IMG/VR virus record: IMGVR_UViG_3300028886_000045
Reading direction: 5' to 3' (one strand)
DNA from: a virus
Taxonomy: Duplodnaviria > Caudoviricetes
DNA: 64,000 nt
Below, one piece after another: positions 46,052 through 56,356 of this stretch. Each line of letters starts with the position of its first letter. Position 1 is the stretch's first letter. The notes below the pieces were generated by a model. It was not told the origin of the DNA. It did not search any database and saw nothing but the letters and a program-made list of their open reading frames with translations. The position numbers and the translations under genes were made by a program.

Positions 46052-47421
46052 TTCTTTTTGCCTATTACTTGTTTATTGCAACTTAGCGAATCCCAATAGA
46101 ACTGACTGCCATTTAGGTAAACGTGCAATACATAGATACCATCGTTCAACAATATGGTATCAAGGAACAATGTAGCCTCCGAAGGCACTCTATCCCCCGT
46201 GCAAACCAAGAAAACCTTTATCTTCTTAGTCTCCTTTATATCATCACGCACTTCTGCATATAGCACAATGCTATTTCTTTGATTCTTCACAGAAAGAACG
46301 CGCGAATGTAACGGCAATTCAATCTCTTGCTCTGTTTGTATCTTCAACTGATACTTGAAAACCCTTTTTATCATATATCGTTACGGCTTAAATATTAAGA
46401 CTTTTCCCTTGCGCCTTTCTCATTTCTTCAAAAACGCCTTTCCCCATATTTCATTTTCCCTAAACCTTGTGGCTACCCTTTGCCCCAAAGTTTTATCATC
46501 ATTCAACACCACGACCTTGTACCATACCTCGGTTTCAGTCTTTGGCTTTACCTTTACCTCTGATATTGGTAGGGAACTATTTGGCTTTACGTTTATACTG
46601 CAAGTCTGTGCTATATCACGTTGGATAATCATACCGCACACACCAACATTGTTAAAGCAGAAATTCACAATATCGCCTACTTCGTATTTTCCGATTTTTT
46701 CCATATCACTTATCTTTATCGGGGTTCAAACAAGTCCAAACCCACGTTATTCTCTGTATAAACGCATCTTGATAGTCGTAAACCTTATAGTCATTTTCCA
46801 TCATTTCCTTTTTGCCATAGATAAGCCATTGAGCATAAGACAAACCATGATACACAACGCTTATTGCCAACACGCCAAACATAATGACGAAAATCCCCAC
46901 GACCACGCTTACTATCAGTAAAATTCTCCTAATCGGTTTCATTACTTTATTTTGCTTTTGCGTTCTGAATTATCCAACTTTCAAGCCTTTTCTTATCTTG
47001 TCGGCTTGCTTGCATATAGTCACCTATGTTACCATACCATTCCGCAAACGGCTCTTGCGCCTTTTTCGCGCCTTTGTTGAATAATAGGCAAAAGTAGAAA
47101 ACCTCCCCATTATCCCCAATATGGTGTACCTTTGCAATAGTACCATCATTGTGTACTATCACATCCGCGTAATGTGCATCTTCTTTCTTCATCAGTCCTT
47201 TTTGTTTTTATCTGTTGGCTTGCGGTCAAAATCACATTGTCTTACAACTTTTCAAAATAATAATCTGCCTTGCCCTTTGTCAAAGCCATGCACGGCAAAT
47301 CGTGTTTCCCCACATTGCACCTCATTTTCAATGAACACTTCAAACAAGTTTCATTGTACGTTTCCGACCTTTTTAGTTGGTGGCGAACACCATCTATTTC
47401 GACTATAATTTTTTGTGCCAT

Positions 47422-47994
47422 TTAGTCACGACTTTTGAATATTTGATTTATCCTATTCGCACATTCTTGCGCTTCTGTTTCCGACTTGAAATAGTTACCC
47501 CTATTATAGCGTATGTTATCAACGGCATCCCTCATATCCTTTGTCTTTACGACATAAGCGCATGAGTACGATTCATTCACATACCAATAGTCACCATCGC
47601 GCTCGGTTTCCTCTTTTTCCGCGCTTACGTTCTTTAATGGTTGTACTTCTGTGTAGAACTTTTCAACCATCCTATACAATGGTGTTGAACTATTTGATAC
47701 AATGGTGATACAATTTCCAATAGGGGAAATGAAATACAGCGCATCCGTATTCTTGAACGAAAGCGGAAATTCATAGTTTCCACCATGCTTTAACAACACT
47801 TCTTTCACGCCTACACCGCTTTCCGTGCCACGACAAAAGACCTCTTTGTTGTCGCGTGCTTTATCACCGCGCTTGCAAAAATCATACCCTACACGGATGG
47901 CATCGTAGCACATCCGCATTTCGGTATCTGAGGAGTCATACTCGCACCCAAACATATCCCCTATCTTTTCTTTTGCAAATTCTTCTATGTTCAT
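47422..47994 (-). CDS. Bacteroidota phage hypothetical protein; C-terminus shared with 21659..21865
   Basis: RY..GNYF.(T/S)..EAQE.A..I..IF in both; start revised. Confidence 0.7.
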   Translation of the reverse strand: MNIEEFAKEKIGDMFGCEYDSSDTEMRMCYDAIRVGYDFCKRGDKARDNKEVFCRGTESGVGVKEVLLKHGGNYEFPLSFKNTDALYFISPIGNCITIVSNSSTPLYRMVEKFYTEVQPLKNVSAEKEETERDGDYWYVNESYSCAYVVKTKDMRDAVDNIRYNRGNYFKSETEAQECANRINQIFKSRD

Positions 47995-48701
47995 AGCAAA
48001 GCCCTTTCTTCTTAAAGTGACGCAATCAGTTCTTTCTTTGTGGCGAACACATCCTTTTCCTTCAAGGATGTTACGGCATTGGTACACAAATCATCCTCAA
48101 TCAGACACACATGGTACAAAGTATCTACCTTAGTATCTACCGCATAGTGGCGCAAATCCCTTATGTTCTGACCTACCACCTTTGCGAATGACTGATAGTT
48201 AAAGCCAACGCTATATATTACGCCCTGTCTTACCTTGTTCTCAAACAAGAACCAAACGACATCTAAAATGTCAAACTTTACGTTGATTTCCTTTTTCTTC
48301 ATATTTACTTAACTTGGTTGTGAATGTTTATACTTTTGTTTCTTAATTACGTTGCAAAGTTAGTAAAAAGTTTGCAATATACCAAATTTTTTAACACAAT
48401 TTTTCATATTTTTTATACAAAAAAAGGGACGCGCCCATTTCACAATGTTGCGAGTCCCCAAAATTCAACAATAAAGAAAACTATTCTTGCTTTTCACCTT
48501 CCTTTTTCGGTTCGCATTCTGCCTCCAATATCGGCTTTAAGTCTGCAAACTCGTTTTCCGTGATTTCGTACTTCTTTCCGTTCTGCAAATTTATCGTCCA
48601 TTTGCCGTTTATGAAGAACACCGTGGAAATCTGCATTACGTTAATGTAAGTGCGAACCCTTTGAATGTAATAAAACCTTTTCATCTGACCTACTTTTTAT
48701 G

Positions 48702-49010
48702 TTATACAATCTTACGACCTAACTTTATAGCAAACGTGGTATGATGCGAATACACCTTTATATCCAACACTTCCACCACCATTTGCCTATCGTTACAGAA
48801 AAACGTAATGGTATCTACCTTTCTCGGATAGAACTTACCGCCTTTCCTCAGAATTTCGGCAATATCATCCGCGCTTTTACCATTGTACTTTTCCATATCC
48901 ACAAACTTCTCTATATAATACGGTGTCATATCCCTATATTCCACCGTCTTCACGCCCCTACTTATCGCGTTAAAGTAAGGATGAAGGATTGAAAGATTTT
49001 CGTTTACCAT
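48702..49010 (-). CDS. ASCH-domain (DUF3850-like) protein
   Basis: LSILHPYFNAISRGVKTVEYR. Confidence 0.75.
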   Translation of the reverse strand: MVNENLSILHPYFNAISRGVKTVEYRDMTPYYIEKFVDMEKYNGKSADDIAEILRKGGKFYPRKVDTITFFCNDRQMVVEVLDIKVYSHHTTFAIKLGRKIV

Positions 49011-49012
49011 AC

Positions 49013-50467
49013 CTATCCCTCCGCCTTTTGCATTTCTGCCATCCTATCCTTTTGTTCCTGTGATTCCACTTGTGCCAAGTTAGCCTCGTATGCCTTTTCC
49101 ATTTCTTCCGCATACAGCCTATCAATCTCAGCCTCTTCATCTTCAACCAACCCCAATTTCCTTACAGCCGTTTCCAATGACATCAACCCTGCGTCCCTTA
49201 ACTTGATAATCCTATCAATCTTTGTATCTTCACTATCCTCAAAAGGCTCACCGAACTTGAAAGCAATCTTCATTCTTTCCAACCCTTCCGACTTCGCGGA
49301 TTCCGTAACCTTCAGAATACCGACAATGACACTACGCAATCGGTCTATCATTTCCCCATAATGCTCCGTGAGGTTGTCGCGCTTGATATAACCAAGCATA
49401 AGGGCATTGCGCATCGCTGCACCCGAAAGCGTTCCCATACCCTTCAAGTTGTCATAACTGAAATCGGGCGTGAACGTATCAAATAGCGTGGATTTCTCCA
49501 AATCTTGCTTTTCCTCTACCCTTGATGCGCTATTCTGCGGTGGGTTTATGTAGTCAAAGCGTGAATTTGCGCCCGTGAGTTGTATCAGTCTGCCCGGTCT
49601 GTCCGTTGCTCCCAACCTATCTATAACATCAGCCGTAGCCATAGCCATAGGGTCGCTAAAGTAGTTGTTCGTGTCACCCCTCTTGCTATCCAACATTTCC
49701 ATTCTCTGCAACCTTGGAACTGCACCATCCCACGCTTTCAGTTGATGGAAATACACGGCATTGATTTTTCCCGTTGGGTTTGGAAATGTCTCTACCTCCC
49801 AACCCTTTTCACCATATTGGCATTCAAAGATAAAATCCTTTGTCAGTATATCCCAATGCCTTACCGTCTTTCCTTCCTTTCCCCTTAGTCTGTAACCATA
49901 CGCGAAACTTACCAAGTCACCGTATTGGTCAAACAAAGTCCTCATTCTGTAACCAAGGGAACGTGCCACCACAAAAGGCTTTACGTTCATCCTTTCACCA
50001 TTCTTACTCTTCGTAAGGTGGAATACAATAGCACTTTCCGTTTCACTTCCCGCCAATCTTTTAGCCTTTCTTATCAGCGAGTTCATTCGGTACTTATCCA
50101 TGAAACCCTCAAACAATTCAAAGGCTTCCTTTTCGTCATTCTTCAATTCCCATTCAATAGGCTTTCCCAATAGGAAGAACAACTCGATTTCGTTTATGTA
50201 CCTTTCCTTCGTGCGCGGTAACTTCTCCGTGATATAATCGGTGTCATTCTTGCGCTTTTTGTTTGGGCGCATCATAACGGGGTGGTTTTGTGGGTTGTAT
50301 TCGGAAAGCGCGTTATCCACCTCCCTATCGTTGTTATCCATCATATTGACAACTTTCCACACCTCCCCTTTGTCTATGTATTCGTACAACGTGCGCTCCG
50401 CGCCCCTTGCATTCAAAGACACATTCTTAAAATGCGTCTTGACATCGTTAATGTAGTTATTATCCAT
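49013..50467 (-). CDS. Phage portal protein (SPP1 gp6-like)
   Basis: 484 aa, downstream of TerL; FLLGKPI, TNNYFSDP, LSGAAMR, GLMSLETAV motifs. Confidence 0.88.
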   Translation of the reverse strand: MDNNYINDVKTHFKNVSLNARGAERTLYEYIDKGEVWKVVNMMDNNDREVDNALSEYNPQNHPVMMRPNKKRKNDTDYITEKLPRTKERYINEIELFFLLGKPIEWELKNDEKEAFELFEGFMDKYRMNSLIRKAKRLAGSETESAIVFHLTKSKNGERMNVKPFVVARSLGYRMRTLFDQYGDLVSFAYGYRLRGKEGKTVRHWDILTKDFIFECQYGEKGWEVETFPNPTGKINAVYFHQLKAWDGAVPRLQRMEMLDSKRGDTNNYFSDPMAMATADVIDRLGATDRPGRLIQLTGANSRFDYINPPQNSASRVEEKQDLEKSTLFDTFTPDFSYDNLKGMGTLSGAAMRNALMLGYIKRDNLTEHYGEMIDRLRSVIVGILKVTESAKSEGLERMKIAFKFGEPFEDSEDTKIDRIIKLRDAGLMSLETAVRKLGLVEDEEAEIDRLYAEEMEKAYEANLAQVESQEQKDRMAEMQKAEG

Positions 50468-50469
50468 TC

Positions 50470-50907
50470 CTAACCCTCCTTTTCATCTTCGTAAGAACCA
50501 ATCAGCACGCCATTCGCAAAGAAACATACACCGTCTTCCAATATCAAGTTATACATTTCCTCACTTGGTCTGTGTATGCCCCAAACCGCGCTAACGTGCG
50601 TGAAACTCTGTTTGCCGTTCAGCATAAGAACCATTACGGCATCCTTGTTCCCAACCCTACCCATTTCAACATCACCGCCTTGCGTCATAATCGCATTGTG
50701 TGGCGATGTCGTAAGGTGATAGTAACCCTTTGGGGATTTCAGCACATACTCGAAAACCCTTAACGGCTTGTTTACGCAAACCACCTCCTTGACTACCTTG
50801 TACCCATCATCGGTCAAAACGCTTTCGCCTACTTCAACCTCACTTATCGGCTTGACACCTTTAGGGTACACAATCAATGTCTTGCCACTTACTCCGTTAC
50901 TATTCAT
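50470..50907 (-). CDS. Stand-alone degenerate Hint (intein-like) domain protein
   Basis: G.KPISEVEVGESVLT..G...V and MYNL.LED...FFANGVL; lacks Cys1 and the terminal His-Asn. Confidence 0.75.
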   Translation of the reverse strand: MNSNGVSGKTLIVYPKGVKPISEVEVGESVLTDDGYKVVKEVVCVNKPLRVFEYVLKSPKGYYHLTTSPHNAIMTQGGDVEMGRVGNKDAVMVLMLNGKQSFTHVSAVWGIHRPSEEMYNLILEDGVCFFANGVLIGSYEDEKEG

Positions 50908-50919
50908 GTCCTATACTTT

Positions 50920-52209
50920 TTAGAAAATTCCCAAATCATCCTTGTTTACTGCCCTTGGGTGCATAACCTTACCGAATATCTTACCCATTACCGCATATCT
51001 GAATGCGTCCATGCAATGGTTGTATGCGTCTATCGGTTCGTTTATGTACTGACCGTCCTTATCCTTTGCCCATGTGTAGTTACGCAATTCCTCTTGTAGG
51101 TTGTACGACCTCCGCGTAACGTAGATATTATCAAAGTCCAATATCTTAGTGATACCTGCAACGATTGAACCTGCACCCTTCATCACGGGGTAGATTATCA
51201 CGCCACCCAATCCTACCTCGTCTATAAGTCGTGGGTCTGCACTATCGCAGTAAACAAACAAGTCACCATCCTCACTTTTTAGCCTACTGATAATGTCACT
51301 TGTCAAAAGTCCCTTTTCGTATATCTGCTCGTCCAAATACAAATCGTTCCCAACGACACCGATTTTGACGCAAGCCGTTTCATCGTTTGTATATCCCCAG
51401 TCGATACCCTTGCAAACGTGCTTCGCGTAACTTGGGAACTCATCAACAATGCCCCATTTCTTGTATATCGCGCCCTCTGCTACATCTGCCCATTGACCCA
51501 TCACGATATGCGCGTACTTCTGTGGGTTGTTCTGCTTCATAGCCTCAACCTCCGCCAAAAAGTTGCTTGCACAATGCGCCTTGTTATCCAAGTACGTTGT
51601 ATGTATGTGCAACACGTTTGGGTGGGTGCTTATCTGTATGGGAACACCATCATACTCTACGATTTTGTGCGTGTCCTTGATAAACCGCTTATACACGAAA
51701 TGGTTACTGTCCGTAGGATTCATGATTATTATTATCCTATTCTGCAACCCTTGCTGACGGATTGAAAACATTATCGTGTCAAATTCTTCTTCGCTCGTCC
51801 ATTCCTCTGCCTCGTCCACTACAAACGTAGTTATACCGTGAATGGATTTCAGTTTCGCGGTCTGATTTCCCGAACTCGTCTTTATTCCCCTAAACATTAC
51901 ATGACTGCCCGTTTTCTTGTTTATCACGTCCGTCTTCGTGCTTCGGAAAAACTTCGTTGTTCCATCCGCGTCCACTTTGTCAAGAAATTCGGGGATTACG
52001 GAGATATTTGCTGACACCATAGTATAACGTGTGTATAGTATCTGATGCGCGATGCGCTTTCCGTCTGCTTCACCCAATTCAAACGTAAGCCTTTCTATGA
52101 ATGTTCCCACCGAAAAGGATTTACCACTACCTCGACCGCCCGTTATCAGCAGTATGAACTTTTCCTTATCTTTGTACATCGGCATATACACAGAGTGCGA
52201 CCTAATCAT
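50920..52209 (-). CDS. terL: Terminase large subunit (PBSX family)
   Basis: GGRGSGKS, VVDEAEE, MNP, GIDWGY, DSADP, NHCMDAFRYA. Confidence 0.95.
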   Translation of the reverse strand: MIRSHSVYMPMYKDKEKFILLITGGRGSGKSFSVGTFIERLTFELGEADGKRIAHQILYTRYTMVSANISVIPEFLDKVDADGTTKFFRSTKTDVINKKTGSHVMFRGIKTSSGNQTAKLKSIHGITTFVVDEAEEWTSEEEFDTIMFSIRQQGLQNRIIIIMNPTDSNHFVYKRFIKDTHKIVEYDGVPIQISTHPNVLHIHTTYLDNKAHCASNFLAEVEAMKQNNPQKYAHIVMGQWADVAEGAIYKKWGIVDEFPSYAKHVCKGIDWGYTNDETACVKIGVVGNDLYLDEQIYEKGLLTSDIISRLKSEDGDLFVYCDSADPRLIDEVGLGGVIIYPVMKGAGSIVAGITKILDFDNIYVTRRSYNLQEELRNYTWAKDKDGQYINEPIDAYNHCMDAFRYAVMGKIFGKVMHPRAVNKDDLGIF

Positions 52210-52737
52210 ATCCGACCCTCCTTCTTTCCGTATGTGGCTTTCTTTACTTTCATTGAAAATTGTTCTATTTTTCCGTATTGCCGTGAAACATTCTTTCTGA
52301 CGAGATTTTTTTGTATCACCCTCGGAAAAAGTCTTACTTTTTGCACAGATTTACAACAAATCCACCTAATTGTTTCACGGATTATAACAATTTTTCCCAA
52401 GTTAATTGTTCGATTTTTCCACCTTTACGCTATCTCCTCTAACATATCCCTTATCCGCATAGCGTTCCTATACGCACATGGATAGTAGTTTACACCCAAT
52501 TCATAGCATACCAAATCTAATGTGTCTATCAACCGCTCCCTATATCGCCTATCTATTACCGACAATTCGCCTTTCAAGCCTTTGCCACTCGCGTAATCCA
52601 TATAACGGTCTTCCGTTCCTATTATCTTAGGCAATACTACCCTACGCCAAATATCATCCAATATCTTTTCTTCCCTATATATATGGGAATATGCGCGTAT
52701 TATATATGCGCGGTTGTTAGGTACAACAGATTCAAAT

Positions 52738-53310
52738 CTATGCTTCATCTTCCAATTCCTTTTCGTCCATTTCCTTGCTTATCCACTCGCTTATGTCAAT
52801 ACCACGCTTTGCAGGTTCGGTATCGTCACTATCCATTTCCTCACCGCGTTGTATCTTGCGCCATTCGGGGCTGTGGTGATACATCCACATACTTAACGCT
52901 TGCAGATTTGGCGGTGTTTCGTTCTCTACCTCCGTAGTCTGTATCAGTTGGTTGTCCGTAAGTTCCCCATCTATCTCCATCCTACGCTTTACCACCGTCT
53001 TAGACTTTACCTTGACACCGCCCAAACCTACTTTCAGAATACGCCCCAATACAAGTCTGTTGGTATTGTCACGCGCCTTTTCCAATGTGGCTTTCATACG
53101 CTTTGAACGCCTTTCGTTCTCCTCGGCTGTCCAATTTCCGTATTTTCCCGCCAACATCTGACTGAATGCGACCTTACCTATTGTTATTCCCAACTTATCC
53201 TCCAATGCTGACGCGATTTGTGAATCATACGCGCCATTAAAGGCTAATTGGTATAGTTCCAAGTAGAACTCATCGCAATCGTAGTCGTAGTATTTGGTAA
53301 TCTTTTCCAT
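52738..53310 (-). CDS. Probable terminase small subunit
   Basis: N-terminal HTH, PPNLQALSMWMYHHSPEWR, upstream of TerL. Confidence 0.7.
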   Translation of the reverse strand: MEKITKYYDYDCDEFYLELYQLAFNGAYDSQIASALEDKLGITIGKVAFSQMLAGKYGNWTAEENERRSKRMKATLEKARDNTNRLVLGRILKVGLGGVKVKSKTVVKRRMEIDGELTDNQLIQTTEVENETPPNLQALSMWMYHHSPEWRKIQRGEEMDSDDTEPAKRGIDISEWISKEMDEKELEDEA

Positions 53311-53959
53311 ATATATATAGATTATTCCGCGTCTGTTACCTCGGTAGCCTCAGCCTCTTGCATTTCCCTTGCCTTTGCTTCAATGAACTTATCTATTTCC
53401 GCATTCAGCGCGGTTTTCCCCTTGATATACGCTTGTGCATACTTAGGCGTTTTGGCTATTGTGCCAAATGGTAGATTCAGTTCCATCTCGCATTGCGGAA
53501 CTGTTGCGCCCACTTGTGCCATAAGTTTAATTAATTCCGTTTTGCTTTCCTTTTTGTTTCCTTTCATTGTGTTGAATTTTTATGAATTTGATATAAACTC
53601 GCCCCGATTTAATAAAATCGTATTTGGCTATTTCTTTGCAAAGATACTAAAAAACCGCATTCTATATATGTATATTGGGTGTTTTTCTATTCACTTTGCG
53701 GATAGTGAATGCGATATGTGGTATTTGTTTGGTCTGTTGCGATTAAGTGGAACGTGTAGGCGCACGGAAAGAAATGATATATGCGCACGGTTCGGTATAT
53801 TGCGTTTTGGGTAAAAACATTTAAGTGACTGATTTATAACACATTGCGCCAAGGTTGTAAAAATCGCCCCTATTTTGCATATATAAGATGATGTAAGTTA
53901 TGGTGCAACGTGCAGTTAGGGTGCTTATTCGTTAAACGATGTTAAATATTTTGTAAATA

Positions 53960-53991
53960 TTTGGTAGTGTCACAGAAAATGCGTACCTTTG
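53960..53991 (+). promoter_or_regulatory. Only plus-strand promoter, driving a 3-gene inverted cassette
   Basis: TTTG-N20-TACCTTTG followed by cagtgtaattaagaaa. Confidence 0.85.
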
Positions 53992-54043
53992 CAGTGTAAT
54001 TAAGAAATAAACCAAATGTCTAACTTTTAATTAGTATGTTACT

Positions 54044-54286
54044 ATGACTTTTGAAGAAAAGCAAAAAATCGAACGCGCATCACTTAAAGTATGCGAGGTA
54101 TCTAACCACTATGCGCAGGCTGTAAGATACAGCAAGATTGGTCGTTTCTTGGACGAGATAGATTGGAAGCGTGAGGACACCCCACAATGTCGTGAAGAAC
54201 TGCGCCAAATGTGTATGCAGTACAAAAAGGACTTTCTTTCTTCGCTTGAAGCATCTTTGGATGCGCTTGTAGATAGTATCTGTTAA
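54044..54286 (+). CDS. Hypothetical protein
   Basis: First ORF after the plus-strand promoter. Confidence 0.75.
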   Translation: MTFEEKQKIERASLKVCEVSNHYAQAVRYSKIGRFLDEIDWKREDTPQCREELRQMCMQYKKDFLSSLEASLDALVDSIC

Positions 54287-54341
54287 GCATTAGGGGCTTC
54301 GCGCCCCCCTTGCTTTTAACTTAACCAAATAGAATTACGCT

Positions 54342-54632
54342 ATGAAGAAAAGAGAATACCTCAAGGTTTCGGATGCGCTTAAAAAGTGCGACCACGAAAT
54401 ATGCAGTCTGCAATACCAATGCTTCAATGATATGCAGAATGCCGTTCTGCCCCTTGCTGACAAAGACGATTTTGATGCTTTGATTTTCTTTGGTGTGGAT
54501 TTCGTAGAAGACACCCCACAGAACCGTGAAAATATCGTCAAGGCGTTATATGCCCAAAAGATACATTTCCTTACAGAATGTGGAAAACTTTTCGATGTGG
54601 CTATTGCGTCTTTGAAATGTGACAATAAATAA
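54342..54632 (+). CDS. Hypothetical protein
   Basis: ORF with an A-rich leader. Confidence 0.7.
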   Translation: MKKREYLKVSDALKKCDHEICSLQYQCFNDMQNAVLPLADKDDFDALIFFGVDFVEDTPQNRENIVKALYAQKIHFLTECGKLFDVAIASLKCDNK

Positions 54633-54649
54633 AAATCCCCCATACGCTT

Positions 54650-55036
54650 ATGAGTAGTCTTTTTGAAAAATCCGTGTGTCCTAAACTTAGCGACAACGAT
54701 GTTAGCAGACTGAAAGAAAATGTTTGTAGGTTCGCAAACGCTAATCTGCATCTTTCACTTGCGCCAAACGATTTCATGTATGAACGACACGAAACCGAAT
54801 ACGGTGGCGAAACTTGCACGCTTGAATCTGTGGATGTCGATACCAACGTGGCTTGTTTCTTTAGACACCTAACCGTCCTTGCGCGTTGTCGTATTGAAAA
54901 CGGCTTGTTTAGGGCGCGTGTCGATTGGTACTATGACACTTTCGAGTCAAGTGGTCATTGCGTACAAGTCGGTATTATTGACATAGACCCCCACACGATG
55001 AAGGAGGTAAAATCGTGGGTTTTCAGTCATAAATAG
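54650..55036 (+). CDS. Hypothetical protein
   Basis: ORF followed by hairpin aggctttgct..agcagagcct and a T tract. Confidence 0.75.
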   Translation: MSSLFEKSVCPKLSDNDVSRLKENVCRFANANLHLSLAPNDFMYERHETEYGGETCTLESVDVDTNVACFFRHLTVLARCRIENGLFRARVDWYYDTFESSGHCVQVGIIDIDPHTMKEVKSWVFSHK

Positions 55037-55184
55037 GCTTTGCTTTCATAGCAGAGCCTTTTTCTTTGCCCCCTCGCTTTCATTTCGGCTTGGTTTTTGC
55101 CACGTTTGCGCCTATCTGTGCGCGTTTTACGCTTGTTTACAGACAACTATACCGCCCACTCGCTTTTATCGCCTTAGAACCACC

Positions 55185-55904
55185 TTAAAACAAGTCAAGT
55201 GTCGGTTGTCTTTTTTCTGCGTCTATCCGCTTTTTCGCGATATTGAAGTATTCGCACTTGATTTCATACCCTATGAAGTCGCGCTTTTCCCTTATGCAAG
55301 CGATGGCGGTTGAACCGCTACCCATGCAACTATCCAAAACCACGTCCCCCTCGTTTGTGTATGTCCTTATCAGATATTGCAGTAGTGCCGTTGGCTTCTG
55401 TGTCGGTACTAACGGCTTGGGAACGCTATCGAAAAACAATATGTCTGTCGGTTGTCGCTCACCCAATGACACCGTTTCCTTTCCCTCGGTATCTTCATAC
55501 ACGTTACTGCGACCCGAACGCGCCTTATACGGAGCACCTATGCCGTATTGTGGGTTATACGTTCCCCCATCCGTGCCACCCCTAAACACCAACACGTTCT
55601 CATGCTGTGTCAATGGTGCGTGTGCCGTATTCAGAAATCCCCCCAACCTTGATTTTATCCAAGTCCACTCATAGCGCAACATTCCTATGTTCGAGTAACC
55701 CAAAACCTTATCAAAGGGTGCTTTCGCAAATAACACTATCGCGCCATTCGGCTTTATCACCCTTTTGTACTGCCTCCAAAGGTTTCCCAAACTCAAAGCA
55801 CATTCGCGACCGCTATACGGCAAATCCGTAAGTATCATATCCACGCTGTCGCTTTCCAATGCCTTCATGCCTTCTAAGCAATCCGCGTTAAAAATCCGTT
55901 CCAT
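55185..55904 (-). CDS. DNA N6-adenine/N4-cytosine methyltransferase (beta class), orphan
   Basis: Motif IV TDLPY, PTQKP, motif I VLDSCMGSGST. Confidence 0.92.
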   Translation of the reverse strand: MERIFNADCLEGMKALESDSVDMILTDLPYSGRECALSLGNLWRQYKRVIKPNGAIVLFAKAPFDKVLGYSNIGMLRYEWTWIKSRLGGFLNTAHAPLTQHENVLVFRGGTDGGTYNPQYGIGAPYKARSGRSNVYEDTEGKETVSLGERQPTDILFFDSVPKPLVPTQKPTALLQYLIRTYTNEGDVVLDSCMGSGSTAIACIREKRDFIGYEIKCEYFNIAKKRIDAEKRQPTLDLF

Positions 55905-56356
55905 CGAATAAATCAGTCTTCAACCGCTTTGTTTCCGCTTTTCCGAAATACCCCACATCTGCCAAATGTGACAAAGCCTCCGCCAACGCGCTTTCCTTTT
56001 CTTCGTAGGATTCCGACACCCAACCTTGGATTTCCAAAGGCTTTCCGTCAAGGCTCATCCCCCAACTGCCTACATACCACCCTACTTGTGGAAACTCTGC
56101 CCATTGCGTCCGCATTTCCAAACCTTTTTCCTTGGAAAGCCACCCTATCACATCGCCTATTTCACTACTGTCTTCTTTGTAGCCGTAGGCACGCAAAACA
56201 CGCTCGGTTTCTTCTTTAAGTTTCATACTGCAAAGGTACAAAAAATATCTGATAATCAGAAAGATAAAGTGTTAAAATTTACTTACGCACAATAAAAAAA
56301 GCCAACGGCTTAATACCATTGACTTTCTTTCGTTTTCGTTCATCGGTGCTCTTCTG

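Noticed and set aside
50470-52209. Functional or split intein in TerL
   Set aside because: TerL is complete, and the Hint ORF lacks splicing residues and exteins.
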